This document shows positions 60,271-64,000 of a stretch of 64,000 nucleotides of DNA, one piece after another (within the stretch, counting starts at the first letter, position 1; each line of letters opens with the position of its first letter). The notes below the pieces were generated by a model, which made no database searches, was not told where the DNA came from, and saw only the letters and a program-made list of their open reading frames with translations. The DNA lies in the NCBI GenBank assembly GCA_026770705.1, contig JANJGN010000009.1, positions 164,114,001-164,178,000 of the forward strand, in the 5' to 3' direction. Source of the stretch: Isurus oxyrinchus (taxonomy: Eukaryota). A program made the translations under genes and the position numbers.

Positions 60271-63200
60271 GTGAGAGTTATGGACTGTATAAGAATCATT
60301 ATGGGCAGTTTGCAATGTTATGATGTGGCAGATGATGTGTGTCAGGCAGACCAAATCCACGAGTGAAACTTGGTCGAGCTGTCACAACGGTTTTGCAATT
60401 TATATTTATTATGAGATGCATGCACTGAATTCAGACACCATAAGTCTACCAAACTTTTAGAGATTTAAAAAATATATCGTTAAATATATTTATTAGCAAA
60501 AGATAGATTTCAATTACATACATAAGTCTACTAATTTCTTCTATAATAACTCGTAAAATTCCTAATTAGCCTCACTCCCAGTTACACCTCCTTTAAGGCA
60601 ACTGTACAAAGAATAGATATTAGGTTTCAAGCAGATCCAGCAAATTGACACAATGATCTAGACAGTGGAATTCCAAATGGCTTTCACCAGCTTCAGTTTC
60701 GTTAGACAGCAGGCTTATGCACAAATGCTGGAGGCTTCATTAAGGCTACTTCAAACACATCTGTTAGGTCTCATATGGACTTCTCCTGACACATAGCCTC
60801 ATTCTCCTTTATATATGTTTCCCTCTATTTAACATGTAAACCCTATTGTTTCAGATACCTTTGAAACTGTGTCTTCCTCACAATGTAAAAACTTTCATGT
60901 CGATACTATATATTGTCAGTAACCTTTGAGATAAAGAAACACATTCCTTCATCTTGCTTAGCTGCCTAATTGTAAAGAGACTAAAATACTTTTGAAATCC
61001 AAATCTCCCTTCATTTATCTAAAAAGGCAAATTCCCTTTACACTTTACTTGCTAAACCAGTATCCATGTTTACTCATTAGCATGTCAAATACCTAGCTTC
61101 TTTTGTTGAGTTATATCATGCCATCTACCTGATTCCAAATGTAATTAAATCTCACACAGACAGACCCAAACACTTACCCCCATAAACCGACTCCACAATA
61201 AAGCAGAAAATATTATGAAAATTATTATACTTTCATGACAGTAAATTCTCCATCAATTATTTCAAAAACATTGATCACAGATATTGTCAAGAAAAACTTG
61301 CATTGATGTTAAGGTCCACAGATTGAAACAAGGTGTTTTACAGATTCTATGGGCAGAATCATCTGAGATTTGCACAAAGTGCCGTAGTGAGTGGGAAAAA
61401 GGACATCCCGGGTGTGAAAAAACAGCACAGACCAAGACCCTGATTTCCCAGTTTTTACTGGTGTTCCATGTTAAAGTATATGAGCCCCACTCAGGCCCGT
61501 ATTCTTATTTCCCATTTTTTACTGTTTTTCCCTTCTGGGATATTATCCGCCGGCTGCAATGGCAGATTTTCACACCTTATTATCCTATTCCTGGCACGTC
61601 CCACCTCATTAATTATGCGTTCACTGGAAACACACCGGGTCGCTGGTGGGAAGGCCTCTGACGCGCCACCCCACCGTCACCTCAGGCCTTCATTTATCCA
61701 GACGCCCTATTTAAAGGCCGTTCCTGCAGAGAGATAGCTCTTTCTAAGGCATCAGAAACTGCTAGGAATTCATAGCTGCCAAAGGGAGGAAACATGTTGC
61801 ATCCAAAATTTAGCACTGCCTCCCTCAGCCTACTGGGCACTGTGAGAGCTGCCGTGAAGTCCTCTACCCCAATTCTAGGTGAAGACCAACAAGCATGGCA
61901 ACAAATCTAGCATGGGTGGTGGTGGCAGCAGTGGTCAGTGCCAATGCACTGCTAAAGAGGACAGCCACCCAGCGCTGAAAGAGGATGAATGGTCACCTTC
62001 TTTCTGCTAGGTTAAATCACTTTTCTCATCACTCACAACTCAAAAACCCATCACACATTCACTGGGATCTCACTCAATACCAGTTCAAGGGACATCACCA
62101 TTCTCCCTCTCACACACACCTTCCTCTGCCCTGCCGTTCCTGTCCTCATCCATGGCACCACTTACCACCCACACGTGCCGGGTGCCCTCCTCATGTGGCC
62201 TGGCAGGCACCCTGCTTACGCTCTCTCCATCTGTATTCCTGCAGAACAAGCTGGATGATGTCAGGGATCTGACACTTACTGAGAATATAGGAGTCACGGA
62301 CACTCCCTTGGAATCGCACGCAGACCCGTGGAAGCTCTTGCTGTTTGTTTAAATATTTCTTGCCATTCCATCTCATAATCATCTTTCTCCCTCTTTATTC
62401 GTTTTTTGGTCATCCGCTGCTGGTTCCTAAAAAATTCCTAATCCTCAAGCATACCATTAGTTTTCCCCCCTTTTTATACTTTAGTTGTTGATTGGATACT
62501 CTCCTTGACTGCCGTCGTTAACCATGGGTGGTTCATCCTTCTCATCAAGTCCTTCCTTTTGAGCGGGATAAATTTTTTCTGAGCGTTATGAAGTACTTAC
62601 TTAAATGTCTGCCACTGCTCACCCACTGACCTTCCTGTTAGTCTATTCTCCCAGCCAACTCTTCCTTCATAACTCTGTAATTGGCCTAATTTAGGTTGAG
62701 GACACTGGTTTTAGAGACGAGCTGCTCACCCTCAAACAGAATTTCAAATTCTACAATGTTGTGTGATCGCTATCCCCTAGAGGATCCCTAACTACACGAT
62801 CTCTTATGAATCCTACCTCATTACGCATTGCTAGATGCAAAATAGCCTGTTCCCAAGTAGGTTATGCAACATATTGCTGAAAGAAACTATCCTTGGTACA
62901 CTCTACAAATTTGTCTTCCAAGTTAGCCCTGCCTATCTGATTTCTCCAGTCAATATGCAGATTAAAATAATCCATGACAATTGTAGCACCCTTCTTACAT
63001 GCCTACATTATTTCCCAATTTATGCTTTGTCCTACAGTGAGCAAACTCTTTGGAGGCCCATAGCTGAGTCCAACGCATGGCTCGTTCCCCTTACTAATTG
63101 TTATTTCTACCCAAACTGATTCCACATCACGATCTCTGCCAGCTATATCACCACCGCACTGATACCTTCATTTATTAACAAAGCTACCCCACCTCCTTCT

Positions 63201-64000
63201 CCTTTTTGCCATTTTTTCCGGATTGTCGAATACCCTTGAATATTGAATTCCCAGTCTTGGTCACCCTGCAACCATGTCTCTGTCATGGCTATCAAGTCAT
63301 ATCCATATATTTCTATTTGTGCCGTCAACTCATCTGCGTGCATTCAGATAACATGCCTTAAGCTTGGATTGTTTACCATTATTGCCCATTCTGCTTCTCA
63401 TTTCTGCTGCACTCTTCTGCTCCTTGTCCTGCCCCTTCTCATCATACTTTGATTACCATTCGGCTCTTCACTACCCTGCACCTCTGCTCTCTCATTTCCT
63501 TTAGATGTTTTAAACTTCCCTTCAATTGTCCCTGTTACTATGATCCCATGTAACCCATCCATAATAGAAACATTCCATAGTTTAATCTAATCTTACAAAA
63601 TAATCGATACAAGAAAAGGAAGCGAGGAAATGGAGGCAGAATCTAACAGAGCACCAGGGATGATTGTTTTTCAACAAGAACACAAGGAGACGTAAAATTA
63701 TACAGACTGCAACAGCAGACTGAGATACAGACCCAAGAGAATTGTTACTGGAAGCAGCAATTGCACTGTATAAAATATATTTAATAAAGTAGCCACAGCA
63801 ATCAATTTCTACCCATAACGCCAGTTGCAGGGGAGCATTAGTTACCCATGAGAAAATGGTGTTACATCTCTTCAAGAGGGGCACAACTGATAACTTTTCC
63901 CAGCACACATGCAATGGGTGAGGAGTGTGATGTTGCCACAGCTCCAGCTCATCACAAGCTTTGCCTCGATTTGTTGGCATAGCCAGAATTCTGTTCACAT

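Larger units (their letters stand above)
35478..64000. repeat. Tandem segmental duplication unit 2 (partial; corresponds to 1-28548 with large indels)
   Basis: Colinear high-identity match to unit 1. The window end (ctgttcacat) equals the sequence ending at 28548. Confidence 0.95.

Noticed and set aside
1-64000. Unit offset nearly equal at both ends (35477 vs 35452) despite multi-kb indels
   Set aside because: Independent gains and losses happen to cancel out. There is no evidence of a length constraint.

Overview
Vertebrate genomic DNA, most likely a cartilaginous fish (shark-type CR1, Penelope, DeuSINE and Harbinger repeats; this is an inference). The window is about 1.8 copies of a ~35.4 kb tandem unit: position 1 matches 35478, and 28548 matches 64000. 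Each unit holds a + strand, multi-exon Ig-superfamily receptor of the CD300/TREM/pIgR type (MDIR-like). The layout is leader, V domain, C2 domain(s), Cys/Ser/Thr stalk, a transmembrane segment with an N-terminal Arg, and a 16-aa tail with no tyrosine, so it is a predicted activating receptor. Gene 1 (7176-28638) gained a second C2 exon through a breakpoint inside its stalk exon. Gene 2 (42593 to beyond 60270) has one C2 exon. V and stalk exons differ far more between the genes than the C2 and TM exons do. The introns contain several notable elements. Tx1-clade LINE fragments and a tRNA-Thr-derived SINE are stacked at one 14-bp target covering the stop codon of a PIF/Harbinger Myb-like gene. 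Penelope elements carry minimal hammerhead-ribozyme motifs. CR1, Gypsy and solo-LTR remnants and MITEs are also present. Between the genes lies a 27-bp (EEAEVEAVT)n minisatellite that appears to splice in frame into further exons of a second, damaged gene. All calls come from reading the sequence by eye; no searches were run, and repeat boundaries are approximate unless stated.
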